64,000 bases of DNA from Macrostomum lignano. Its lineage: Eukaryota. The stretch lies in assembly GCA_002269645.1 (NCBI GenBank), contig NIVC01001267.1, forward strand, positions 1-64,000. The letters are read 5' to 3'. The position numbers and the translations under genes were made by a program. Below, one piece after another: positions 1 through 11,212 of this stretch; position 1 is the stretch's first letter, and each line of letters starts with the position of its first letter. A model generated the notes under the pieces. The model was given only the letters and a program-made list of their open reading frames with translations, was not told the DNA's origin and searched no databases.

Positions 1-331
1 TATTACAGACAACATAAGTGAGAGTATTTAGTTGAGTATAATCTTTATTTAGTATCAATAGAATTCGATTGATGATCAAGTTTTAACGGAAGGACTCTGT
101 TCTGTTTTTCCTCTATGGCTACAGCTAGCCTACAGAAATATGGTAATTTTGGGGTCACAACTCACTACGCTTACGGAAAACCGAATAAAATTTTTGAATA
201 CGGCTACGGCACATGGACCCCCTCACGGCACTAGACTCGTTCAATTAAATGGCCTTTAAAAACAATTATTACTAGGCCCCTAGCCTATGTATGTTTCAAG
301 ACTGCAATGTAGAGCACAATTTGAATGTGGT

Positions 332-347
332 GGCCCTGAAAAGGGCC
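332..347 (-). terminator. Histone mRNA 3' stem-loop of H2B
   Basis: Minus strand reads AAAAC-GGCCCTTTTCAGGGCC-ACCACA, the canonical replication-dependent histone stem-loop, ~90 nt after the stop. Confidence 0.93.
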
Positions 348-437
348 GTTTTAGCGTTCATTGTAGCGTTAAGCTGCCACCGGAGCCAGAGCGGACGTCG
401 CGGTAGACCAGCGTATAGTCTGTCAGTGACAGACCGA

Positions 438-804
438 TTACTTGGCACTGGTGTACTTGTGACGGCCTTGGTGCCCTCGCTGACGCGGCGTGCTTGGCCA
501 GCTCACCAGGCAGGAGCAGACGGACAGCAGTCTGGATCTCCCGGCTGCTGATGGTGCTGCGCTTGTTGTAGTGAGCCAGACGGCTGGCCTCACCGGCGAT
601 GCGCTCGAACACGTCATTGACGAAGCTGTTCATGATCATCATGGCCTTGCTGGAGATGCCAGTGTCGGGGTGCACCTGACGGAGCACCTTGTAGATGTAG
701 ATGGCGTAGGACTCCTTCCTCCTGCGCTTCCTCTTCTTGTCAGTCTTCGGGGCCTTAGCCTTGCTGGCCTTCTTGGCAGCCTTTCCACTGACCTTCGGCG
801 GCAT
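438..804 (-). CDS. H2B: Histone H2B, frameshifted near C-terminus (sequence error or pseudogene)
   Basis: ORF reads [12 protein letters not shown]...[26 protein letters not shown]...ELAKHA. The canonical tail [15 protein letters not shown] is recovered by removing a 2-nt GC insertion (~487) and restoring a 1-nt deletion (~459). TAA at 440-438. Confidence 0.95.
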
Positions 805-894
805 GATGCAATGCAGACGGAGTTAGACAGAAGGATTAGTTACTATAGGTCGAGGAGTGAGAATGATGAGGAACCAAGAGCAGCAAGCTTTTTC

Positions 895-902
895 TATTTA
901 TA
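895..902 (-). promoter_or_regulatory. Putative TATA box of H2B
   Basis: TATAAATA on the minus strand ~90 nt upstream of the ATG. Confidence 0.5.
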
Positions 903-1489
903 ACCCCAGCAAAGAAACCAAGCTCGAAAATTGTCAACGATCGATAATTGTTTCCTGACAATGGGAGCGAAGCAGGCTTTAGGAACCATAGTTGAGTGAG
1001 GAAATCTTGAAGACAGCACTGGATGTATTCCATACTCTACTGTTAATAGAAATATATGTTCATTTCTGTCAGGCCGCTGTTTGGGATTAAGAAACACTAT
1101 AAGACCAGAACAGGGTCTATCAGGCGGGGCCTAGAAATAGCAGCAAATTGCAGCAAAAAAGTAAAAAAGTTTATGCAAAATTACGCCGTTCTTCCATTTT
1201 ATGCTTTTAAGTGGCGTGATTGAAGCGTAAAAATGGGTCACGTGCAAACCAATATTTTTTGATAAAGTCCATCCATCATTTTATCTTTGATGCTTTTGAT
1301 TCTGATAGCTTTGCCCAGTATCTCTGAACAAAATTATCCTTTTGTCCTTGGTACTCGTATTTAAAGTGATTATACGAATCTACTTCTGATAAGAGTTTTC
1401 TCAGACTCTACAAGAATCTACGAGTCTTCTAATAAGAATTAAGAATTCAAATAAACCGAGCCCAAGGCGAGTCGACTATAAGAAATAAA

Positions 1490-1505
1490 GGCCCTGAAAA
1501 GGGTC
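1490..1505 (-). other. Orphan, slightly degenerate histone stem-loop
   Basis: Minus strand AAAAAC-GACCCTTTTCAGGGCC, one mismatch to the H2A/H2B loops. No histone ORF upstream. Confidence 0.6.
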
Positions 1506-1985
1506 GTTTTTGCGTTTTTAGGAAAGCATAAATGTTTATGTTTGCTTAGCTTTCCAAGTACAGACACTACCCTGTGCCACCCCAACTTCTCGAATCAAGT
1601 CAAGTCACGTCCGATTTTTATTTTTTAAAATTTGATATGGCTTTCGTCGTTTGATTTAACAGGTTTTGATCATTTCTGTTTTAGCTTCAAAGCAGAATTA
1701 CATTTTTCACAGCTCACTGAAACTTCGTAAAAGTAGTTTTTAGTCTGAAACTTTGGTTTGGCATAAATAAAGATTTTTTCTATTTTTACTCTCTACAGTC
1801 TACAGGAAGCAACAGCACTTATGAATTAATTAATGAAAAATGAAGCAAGTTTAGTCTGTACCTAGACATAGACACTTATTGAATAATCAAAAAGTTCATA
1901 AATAACTTTTGCCCTACTGTAAGTAGAGTACAAAATAAACGTTTAGAAAAATACTGTTGACCAAAAATAAAATACTCGACTCCAG

Positions 1986-2053
1986 CCAATGAAGAACCAT
2001 CTTGACGACCGGGCCGTTGCTAAGATAATTTTAGGTTTTCGCGAACTATAAAA
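1986..2053 (+). promoter_or_regulatory. Putative H2A promoter (CCAAT box and TATA box)
   Basis: CCAAT at 1986-1990 and TATAAAA at 2047-2053, ~85 nt before the ATG. Confidence 0.5.
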
Positions 2054-2138
2054 CCTTTCACAAACATTTTCAGAAAATATCAAAGCATTTCAATATCCAG
2101 AATTCTCTTTTAGCATCTCATCTAATCAATCAGTCATC

Positions 2139-2509
2139 ATGAGCGGACGCGGCAAAGGCGGCAAGACCAAGGCCAAGGCCAGGACCAAGTCCTCCCGCGC
2201 TGGACTGCAGTTCCCAGTCGGTCGCATCCACCGTCTGCTGCGCAAGGGCAACTACGCTGAGCGCGTGGGCGCCGGCTCTCCGTGTACATGGCCGCCGTGC
2301 TGGAGTACCTCGCCGCCGAAGTACTCGAACTGGCTGGCAACGCTGCTCGGGACAACAAGAAGACTCGCATTATTCCGCGTCACCTTCAGCTGGCTATCCG
2401 CAACGACGAGGAGCTGAACAAGCTGCTCAGCGGTGTCACCGTGGCTCAGGGCGGCGTCCTGCCGAACATCCAGGCCGTGCTGCTGCCCAAGAAGACCAAG
2501 ACCAACTAA
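2139..2509 (+). CDS. H2A: Histone H2A with a 1-nt deletion frameshift at ~2281 (sequence error or pseudogene)
   Basis: [48 protein letters not shown] continues in another frame as [48 protein letters not shown]...PKKTKTN*. Confidence 0.95.
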
Positions 2510-2594
2510 AAGCATCGCATGTTTCGTCTTCGTCTTTGGCTCTTCTTTCTTCTGTCGTCTAAGAACTAGATTGCAGCTATTTGAACGCTAAAAC

Positions 2595-2610
2595 GGCCCT
2601 TTTCAGGGCC
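2595..2610 (+). terminator. Histone mRNA 3' stem-loop of H2A
   Basis: GGCCCTTTTCAGGGCC in the context TGAACGCTAAAAC...ACCACAT, identical to the H2B 3' element. Confidence 0.93.
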
Positions 2611-3645
2611 ACCACATCAAAATGTGCCTACACTCGTCGATTCGGTCTTTCTCTTAATCTCTATTCTCTACTCTATTTGATTTCTCTTGCAGCGTCTGAG
2701 TTGCCTAATGCACTAGGAGACTTCTGTGTTCTTGACTTCTCTGATTCTGACTTCTCTGACTTAAGGCGAAGCTCGAAAACAGTCGAATTTTTAATTGTCG
2801 ATGTCGAAAACAGAAAATGTGTCGGTCCTTAACTTGCTTTCCCATCCCAAGTTTAAAACTTTATATTATAATTATATCATAGACATAGTAGGTCATAGAA
2901 TTCGTTTTAAATTGTAGGCAAGCGGACTTCGATTTGATAAATCGATGCTTCGAGGCGTTCGAGCTTATCCGCTCCGTCCCGACCCACCAGCGGACCAGCC
3001 TCCGCTCCCCCATCCGTCATATTCGCCCCTATCGGCCATCGGCCATCTGCTCCCTGACCCTCATCTGCCTTCCCATCTGACATGTCATCCTCTGCTTCCT
3101 CATTTGCCCTCCTCATCCGCCATCCTCATGCAGCTTCCCAAATCCCCATCCGCCATCCTCTGATTCCTTTCCCCTATCTGCCATCGATCCTCAATTTCCC
3201 CATCCGCCATCCTCCGCTTCCCTATCCGTCATCTTCCGCTCAGTCTCCTCCCTCCCATTCGCTAGCGAATTCTCACCTAATTTTTATGAGTACATCGATC
3301 TATACAGTAGTTAGTAATAGTATAGCTTTTCAAGTTACGAGTGCATGCGTACTGCATAAGGAAAGACATGAAAATAAAGTTGCCTTGTACATGTATGCAA
3401 CTATATATACACGTACTAATTAGTGAATGTGTATTCCATAGTCGCAGCTAGTTAACATTTGTGTACATGTGAGTATGACTAATAGGGCCATAGGGCCATT
3501 AAAATAATTTTACAGTAAAATAAAAAAACTATAAAATCATCTTAATTGAGACTTCAACTTAAAATTCATAAAACTCAGCTGGATAAGCTCGGTATTTATT
3601 TCACGTGCACATGCTACTACAAAAAAGTTATAACAATTGATTAAT

Positions 3646-3915
3646 GGGCAGAGATGTGCAACCGGCAGCTCAGCCGCAGCTATTGCGCGGTGCATCTGAA
3701 GGCTGCGTACGACTCAGTCCAAGGACTGGGAGGGAAGGAGGGAGTCACCATGCCATACACACCCTCGATCAATTACCCAGCTAATGCTGGTACTGGGTGA
3801 ACTAAAGCAATGCAAAGTTACATGTAAGTGTCCTGCTCAAGGACACTAATTTTTTCAGTGTCGAACCCCTGACCTTCAAGACGTAATTGGCTGACGTTCT
3901 AACCACTAGGCTACA
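3646..3915 (-). mobile_element. tRNA-derived SINE with V-like and Meta-like core
   Basis: Minus strand: A-box TAGCCTAGTGGTTAG, B-box GGTTCGAC, then GTGTCCTTGAGCAGGACACTT and TTCACCCAG. Homologous to the copy at 14996-15452. Confidence 0.7.
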
Positions 3916-4108
3916 ACCCCACCCCCCCACACGACGTACATGTACTAGACTACAACCACTAAGGCTACAACCTCTTACTACATGTACATGTATATGCTAG
4001 GCTACACATATGAATATGCATACTACATTACACACTACACTACACTACACTACACCAAAATTGAAATCAGTCGCAAATTGTAATTGTTCATAAACTGATT
4101 TCATCAAA

Positions 4109-5608
4109 TCAGTCGCTATCATCGTCACTGTTATCCATTGGCGTCGACCATGAGATGGACATTAATTGTCCAGTAGGCGGTCTTTCAGCTGCTGACGTCC
4201 CGGCAGAAGAGGCCAGCGCAAGGCCCAGCTGCAGCACGCCGCCCATAATTCGCATTAATTGCTCCTTCTGCCTGCTTTCGTCCCTTTCTCGCTGTTGAGC
4301 CATTAATTGACTCTCCATCTCGCGCCGCTCCTGCTCTCTCCTCTCCTTTTCCCTCCGCTCCGCCTCTTCCGCTTTCTTGCGCTCCGCTTCCTCCGCCCTC
4401 CTCCGCTCGGCCTCCAACTCCAAGGAGGTGTACTTTCGGCCTCCTTTGCTGGCAACCAGACCCTCAGCCTTCGACAGCAGAGCTTCAATCTGCTTGTTTT
4501 GAACAGCTCTGTCGCACCGTCTGCCATTGTCCACCAGGGCGAACCGATTGCCGCATCTTGTGAGCAGCTGGTCCAGGTAGGGGATCTTCTTCCTGTGTTT
4601 TAGGTTACATGTATTCAAAAGTTACGTGTAATGTGTTCCACTGATGATTAAATATACATTTATTTATCATATAAATGTACCGTGATGCTGGTCCGTGTCG
4701 CGACGATAAAAAGGCGTGTTCCAACAGAGGGCACCTACATGTACATGTAATTATTTGAGAAAGAGGCGGTTCACTACATGTACATGTAGCTCTTTAAGGA
4801 CTGCTGTTGCTCTGACAGCTGCATGTTGGATATGGTAAAATATGAAACGCTCCGACCTTGCTCTCGAGGGGTTCAAACCGTGCTGAGTAAAATTTAGCAA
4901 CTGTACAACTATTGACACACCCTGAGTTACGGTGAAATAAACGGGATCCTATCCTACAGCGAGAAAGCGCCGCTATCATACGTACATCGCTAGCTTCCGC
5001 TTCCAGACTAATTTGACTCATCGCGATCGCTACGGCCCGGCCCCACCCAACTTGTTAACTTGCTTCTACAGGGTACAAGCTCCAAATGAGTAGTCTGATT
5101 CAGACAATACAGCTGTAAACGGTATTGCATGAGTTTTGAACGAACTGCACCTGATCTCCTGCAGCTCATTGCGAAACTCGGTCTCATTGTTGTCAAACTC
5201 GTCTCCGTGGCTAAACACAACGATGGCGTGCTTGTAGAACTCAGCGCCGAACATCTCAGCGACCACCTCGATGGCCCGCCTCTCCTCGGCCGTGAACCGA
5301 GCGTCGCACTTCAGCACCACCAGGAAGATGTCGAATCCCTCCGGACAGAAGCTGATGGCTCTCCGGATCTCCGTCTTGGCCTTCTCCTCGTCTGCGACGT
5401 CCATGGTTCCAGGGGTGTCGACCACAGTGAGGTCGCGACCTCTGGCGTGAGTTGAGATGCACTTGCAGTGCGCAGTGCCAGACAGCATGCCGCGGCCCAC
5501 CTGGAACTCCTTGGTGTCCAGCAAGGCGTTCGCCAACGAGCTCTTTCCGCTTCCGGTCTTGCTGACGAGAAGCATTGCTGTTTTTCTAGCTTCTTTGCTC
5601 ATGGCCAT
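4109..5608 (-). CDS. AIG1/GIMAP-family GTPase A (2 exons, ~313 aa)
   Basis: Exon1 5608-5151 and exon2 4592-4109, joined by a phase-2 GT-AG intron into ELQEIR|KKIPYLDQLL. Motifs SKTGSGKS, DTPG, ARFTAEE, FSHGD, CGNRFALVDN, then an E/R/K-rich helix and a hydrophobic tail. Confidence 0.9.
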
Positions 5609-5647
5609 TTTTCTGAAAAATTTCCTGTTACAGAATGATGGTGATGA

Positions 5648-5895
5648 CTCAGTACTGAATTTAGGCTCTGTGCGTAAAATTTGGCTATATATACAGAAAA
5701 AAATCGTTCCTAGTTAAACAGTCGCAAGTATTTCTCATTATGAAGTATTTCCCATTTGCGGCTATTTAACTAGGAACGAATTTTTGTCTGTACGCTCGTA
5801 TGTACGCTCCTTTGTACGCTAGTATGTACGCTCCTTTGTACGCTCGTATATAGCGCCAATTTTAAGCACACAGCCAAAATTCAGCAGTTACTCAG
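5648..5895. repeat. Fold-back inverted repeat (~80-bp arms) directly upstream of GIMAP A
   Basis: 5648-5727 (TACAGAAAAAAATCGTTCCTAGTTAAACAGTCGCAA) is matched in reverse complement by 5756-5895, the latter interrupted by a short GTACGCTC tandem repeat. Confidence 0.7.
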
Positions 5896-6196
5896 TAATA
5901 TTTTTAGAAGCGCCAGTCCCGTCATGCATAATTTTATAATAGCAGCAGCTGGTCCCTTCGAATCGTATTGTGTTTCGTTAATTATAATTAACATAGACAG
6001 TTCTTTACCGAGTGACCGAAATACAATTAAACTGTACTAATTCTTGATACAACGCAAATGCACGAGCTACCTTAGAGTCTGGAATCTGGGTTAGACTAGG
6101 TTTCCTACGCATAAAGTATAGGATGTATCAAAATAAAATCACAAAATCAGAATTCGGACCGAATGTAATTATCTACATTGAATGATAAAGGTGCAT

Positions 6197-6829
6197 GATC
6201 AGATGGGCTGAAGGATCAGATGGGGTGAGGAATCAGATGGGGTGAGGGATCAGATGGGGTGAGGGATCAGATGGGGTGAGGAATCAGATGGGGTGAGGGA
6301 TCAGATGGGGTGAGGAATCAGATGGGGTGAGGGATCAGATGGGGTGAGGAATCAGATGGGGTGAGGGATCAGATGGGGTGAGGAATCAGATGGGGTGAGG
6401 GATCAGATGGGGTGAGGAATCAGATGGGGTGAGGGATCAGATGGGGTGAGGAATCAGGTGGGGTGATGGATCAGATGGGGTGACAGATCAGATGGGGTGA
6501 GGAATCAGATGGGGTGAGGAATCAGGTGGGGTGATGGATCAGATGGGGTGACAGATCAGATGGGGTGAGGAATCAGATGGGGTGAGGAATCAGGTGGGGT
6601 GATGGATCAGATGGGGTGACGGATCAGATGGGGTGACGGATCAGATGGGGTGACGGATCAGATGGGGTGAGGAATCAGATGGGGTGAGGAATCAGGTGGG
6701 GTGATGGATCAGATGGGGTGACGGATCAGATGGGGTGACGGATCAGATGGGGTGAGGAATCAGATGGGGTGAGGAATCAGGTGGGGTGATGGATCAGATG
6801 GGGTGACGGATCAGACGGGGTGAAGATCA
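6197..6829. repeat. 17-bp minisatellite, array 1
   Basis: Units GAGG(G/A)ATCAGATGGGGT, with alternating variants. Confidence 0.95.
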
Positions 6830-6834
6830 AACAA

Positions 6835-8192
6835 ATTTGGCAGAGCCTTTTTCAGATGCGCATGTAACACAAGTGTGATTTCAATCATCAATCATTCAAT
6901 GAACCAGTGAAGTTCCAAAAATTTTATTTCCAAGTGTTCCAGCTTCAATGATATAAACAATGTACTTCTGCCCGAAATTCAAAATAACTATAGCGGGCAA
7001 TTTTGCATGTGGTTTAGAGGAATTTAGATCCTTAATCCAGAAAAAGGGAACTGTAGTACAAATACGAGCTTTCTAGTGGTTTCTATAAGTGCATGTAGAA
7101 AGGTTACATTAAAAAACTACAGGCCAAATTTGAGAGTTTTCAATGTTTCGATTGTTGCAATGTGATGCTTGATCAGGCGGCCAGTCCGGCAGGTGTCTTA
7201 GTTGGACCTCCGCGGTTGCTGCACCCGGTGCACTCGCACTCGCTGGTTTCGGCCGACCTTCGGCTCCCGGCTTCCTCTGCGCCAGTCTGCGGCCTTCTTC
7301 CGCTTGGCTTGTTCCGTAATCTGCATCGCCTTTGTTACCTTTTTCTCCTCCTTGCTTGCTTTTTCTGTTCGTTGCATGTCCGATTGCAGCTCCCTTGCAG
7401 TGTAATTTCTTTCCTTGGACTGAGCGTCGCAATGGGAATCCACTAGCACAAGACAAACTCGACACGCTCTCATACAAAGCTCCATGGCTCTACGGTTCTC
7501 GGTCTTGGCCTTCTCCTCGTCTGCTGCAACGTCCATGGTTCCGGGAGTGTCGGCCCCAGCGAGGCGAGATAAGATGCTTTTGCAGCTTGAAGTGCTGGAC
7601 AGCATGTCGCGGCCCACGTGGAACTCCGTGGTGTTGAACAGGGCGTTCGCCAACGAGCTCTTTCCGCTTCCGGTCTTGCTAATCAGAACCACTCTAGCGC
7701 TTTCCATATCTTTCTTTAAAGTTTCCAGCTACAGAATAATATCAGACGAAAAATAACCTACAAAAAACTGCACGCAGCAATTTTGGCTCTGTACCTAAAG
7801 ACTCTGTATTTATTTAAAAAGAAAAAACCATTTAGTTCCTAGTTAAACGGTCGCAACTCCTATTTTTAGAAGCGCCAGTCCTGTCATGCATAATTTTAGC
7901 TGCAGCAGGCGGTCACTTGCAAGCTTATTGTGTTTTGATAATTTGAAATAGACTGTTTTTTACCGAGTGAACGAGACAATGGAATTGTATTAATTATGAC
8001 AACGCGAATGCATTTGCTGGGTCTGGAATCTCGGGAAGGGGTTACTTTAATAGAGTATAAAGTGCGTGCAGATACGAATTAAATGTACATATGTATCAAC
8101 ATCCAAATCAGACCATCAAAAACTGGACCGAATGTGATTCTTCAATGATCAGATGGGGTGAAGGATCAGATGGAGTGAAGGATCAGATGATG
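6835..8192. repeat. Segmental duplication unit (3' flank, degenerate GIMAP, upstream region), copy 1
   Basis: Collinear with 18085-19493. 7801-8192 versus 19092-19493 shows only ~3 substitutions by eye. Confidence 0.9.
7198..7707 (-). pseudogene. Internally deleted, intronless GIMAP-derived ORF B (169 aa, frame open)
   Basis: ISKTGSGKSSLANAL and DTPGTMD are retained. Sequence jumps from CDAQ (exon1-like) to SKERNYT (exon2-like), losing G4 and the intron. Confidence 0.75.
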
Positions 8193-9055
8193 GTGTGAAG
8201 GATCAGATGGGGTGAAGGATCAGATGGGGTGAAGGATCAGATGGGGTGAAGGATCAGATGGGGTGAAGGATCAGATGGGGTGAAGGATCAGATGGGGTGA
8301 AGGATCAGGTGGGGTGAAGGATCAGATGGGGTAAAGGATCAGATGGGGTGAAGGGTCAGATGAGGTGAAGGGTCAGATGAGGTGAAGGATCAGGTGGGGT
8401 GAAGGATCAGGTGGGGTGAAGGATCAGGTGGGGTGAAGAATCAGATGGGGTGAAGGATCAGGTGGGGTGAAGGGTCAGATGGGGTGAATGATCAGGTGGG
8501 GTGAAGGATCAGGTGGGGTGAAGGATCAGGTGGGGTGAAGAATCAGATGGGGGTGAAGGATCAGATGGGGTGAAGGATCAAATGGGGTTAAAGATCAGAT
8601 GGGGTGAAGAATCAGATGGGGTGAAGGATCAGATGGGGTGAAGGATCAGATGGGGTGAAGGATCAGATGGGGTGAAGGATCAGATGGGGTGAAGGATCAG
8701 ATGGGGTGAAGGATCAGATGGGGTGAAGGATAAAATGGGGTGAAGGATCAGATGGGGTGAAGGATCAGATGGGGTGAAGAATCAGATGGGGTGAAGGATC
8801 AGATGGGTTGAAGAATCAGATGGGGTGAAGAATCAGATGGGGTGAAGGATCAGATGGGGTGAGGAATCAGATGGGGTGAAGGATCAGGTGGGGTGAAGAA
8901 TCAGATGGGGTGAAGGATCAGATGGGGTGAAGGATCAGGTGGGGTGAAGAATCAGGTGGGGTGAAGGATCAGATGGGGTGAAGGATCAGATGGGGTGAAG
9001 GATCAGATGGGGTGAAGGATCAGATGGGGTGAAGAATCAGATGGGGTGAAGAATC
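8147..9055. repeat. 17-bp minisatellite, array 2
   Basis: Units GAAGGATCAGATGGGGT. Confidence 0.95.
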
Positions 9056-10463
9056 GCCGTGGCTGTTTGCCCCCAGAACCCCGGATCCTGCACGCAATGG
9101 CGTGGTGAACTATCTGTGCAGTATGAGACTGGGATGGCCTTTATCCCAGCCAGCGATGCTCATACCTGCCTCCTCTGGCAGGCTGATAGCTCAAGAGACT
9201 CTGTCTCCTGATTTTCACCTTGCAAGGCGCACTTTGAAAGGTACTCGTCCCGTGGGTGTTAAAGCAGGCCCATTTGGGCCTTGCCGAGCTGATTCGTTGG
9301 CGCCGGGTCCTGGTGTGACCGTATAAACGCACCCTCTAATGTCCCAGTGTAACTCCGTGCTGATGGACGCTTGGCCAGGGAGTAGTCTGGTCGCTAACGG
9401 TTCCCCTTGCGCTTTTGGGTCCCCTCGCAGGGTGGTATTTTGCTTTTTGGGGGCCTGCCGCTTGGTTTGGGGTTGCGGCCTTGCGGTTCTTTGCCTGTGT
9501 TCTGCAGGAAGTCCCATTTTTTACTTCCAGCCAATGGCTTCTAACCGAAGTACCCAACCGGCTGTGGATGACACAGTGCCTCCGGCCTCAGCGGGGGCCG
9601 TGGACTCCGCGGCCATACCACCTGCTACCATCGGGGACGCCTCGGCGAGACCCGTGGAGCCAACTCTGAGCGGTGCCTCCGAGAAGACACCTGCTACTCC
9701 AGCTGCCAAGCAGCTGAGCACCACCTCTGGAGCTGCCCGCCGTCGACTTAACAAGGCGAGGCGGGCCAAGGAGGGCGGAAGCCTAACCAGCGCCAGGGGC
9801 CAACGGCCCGCGGCAGCGGAAGCTTCCCAATCTGGGGCGGTGGCAAAAGAGGGCCTCGAGCCCACTGAAGTCCCTGCCCAGGATAGGGAGGCCGATGCAG
9901 CCGGGAGGGTGGACAGCCCACCTGAAGAATGCTCCACTGACCCCCGGGCCTCCTACGCTGATGCGCCAAAGAGGCAACCGGCGGTTGTCATTCTGGGGAA
10001 GGACGCGCGCCTGTCTCCCGACCAGCTGAAGCAGGTGAGAAGCGCCGTTGATGGCCTCCTGTGGAAGCAAACTCTGAAGGGCACGCCTCTGAACATTCAT
10101 TCGAATGCGAAGAGGGACTCGTGCCTTCTCATTTGGTCCAGTGATGCTTACTCGGGTCGGCGGCTCCTTGAGCTGCTGCCCGAGCAGAGCTGGGACCCCA
10201 ACCTAGCCTTCTGCAGGGAGGACGAGCGCCCCCGGACCAAGAGGCATCGAATCTGGGTTCCGGCCAGGAGCGTCGTTACCTCTGCTGACGAGCTCCGGAA
10301 AGGACTGCTAGCAGTCAACCGGGAGCTTCCCGCCGCGAGCCTAGTGGTGCATGACACCCTTAAACGCACCGACGGCACTGGCTTCACAGCCATCCTGGGG
10401 CTGTCGGACGCCTGGATGAGGCGTTATCCACACGGCAGCTTCATCACTGCACCAGATCATTGA
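9056..10463 (+). mobile_element. 5' part of a non-LTR retrotransposon (R1/LOA-like gag ORF1), truncated, no RT
   Basis: GC-rich structured leader, then an ORF (likely ATG 9534, MASNRS) with RRRLNKARR, SYA and RHRIWVP...LLAVNRELP...LVVHD...G...ILGLS. This resembles DUF4780-type ORF1 proteins (recognised from memory, not searched). Confidence 0.6.
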
Positions 10464-11212
10464 TGAACGTCTGGAATCTGGATGTACCAGGCCGAGATTA
10501 GGTGTAATTGCTTGCACGATGTTCACCTGCACTCCACGTTGCGTGTGAACTTTGCGTTTAGCCTTCTTGCCCCTTATGCTGCGACCTTGCGTCCGACGTG
10601 TCCAGATGTTAAAACCTGTCTCTTCAATGAAAATCAAGTGAACCTCAGGGGACAAATCCAGTCAACCACTGAGCAAACTCTTGCCGCGAAATTCGATTCT
10701 CTGCAGAATTTCTTGCGATTGGAATGTCGGCATCTCGGCTAAGGCATTTTAGAGTGATGAGCTGCTTGTCCAACATTCGGCTTACAGTTGACTCACATAC
10801 GAAGCTTAAGCTTCATTTCTCGCAAAGTTAGCTGGGGGTTTTCTTCGATCCATTCCAGCAGGTGCTGCACATGAGCGTCAGTAAGTTTCACTTGACGAGC
10901 ACCTCCTCGACTTAGTCGGTTCCGGCGACCAGTGAGTTCGTACCGCCTTCGAATCGAGTAAACAGTACGAACATTCGCTTGTAGCCACTGAGAAATTTTC
11001 ATCGAACTATCGCCGCGCTCTAAAGCGGTGACAATCAGACCGTATTTCTCATCGCTAATCTTGTTGTACTGCCCGCGGTGTACTTGGGCTGGCTGGTCGA
11101 TGTCGTCATTTGCCTGATCGATGCCGTCATTTGCCTGGTCGATGTCGGTATTTGCAGTTTCAAAAATCCACTCACTGTAATCCTCTTCAAGTAGCTCGTC
11201 CGGATTACTCAT
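10455..11212 (-). mobile_element. Degenerate IS630/Tc1-type DDE transposase (frameshifted, 3' truncated)
   Basis: HTH region NVRTVYSIRRRYELTG...EENPQLTLREM; next frame ESTVSRMLDKQLITLK...RNS...EFAQW; next frame LIFIEETGFNIWTRRTQGRS (catalytic D changed to E) ...NIVQAITPNLGLVH. Confidence 0.8.

Noticed and set aside
1506-1600. Minus-strand peptide EVGVAQGSV upstream of the orphan stem-loop, reminiscent of H2A TVAQGGV
   Set aside because: Too short and divergent to claim a histone remnant.
490-2515. ORFs antisense to or overlapping the histones (490-903, 291-551, 2137-2370, 2252-2515)
   Set aside because: Shadows of GC-rich histone coding sequence.
6197-9055. CRISPR-like appearance of regular repeats (also 39888-41160 and 61840-63380)
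   Set aside because: Units are head-to-tail with no unique spacers, there are no cas genes, and the context is eukaryotic.
9160-9200. HDV-like ribozyme suggested by GCC-TCCTCT-GGC
   Set aside because: I could not find a matching P1 partner or the P1.1 GG, so it is reported only as a structured leader.
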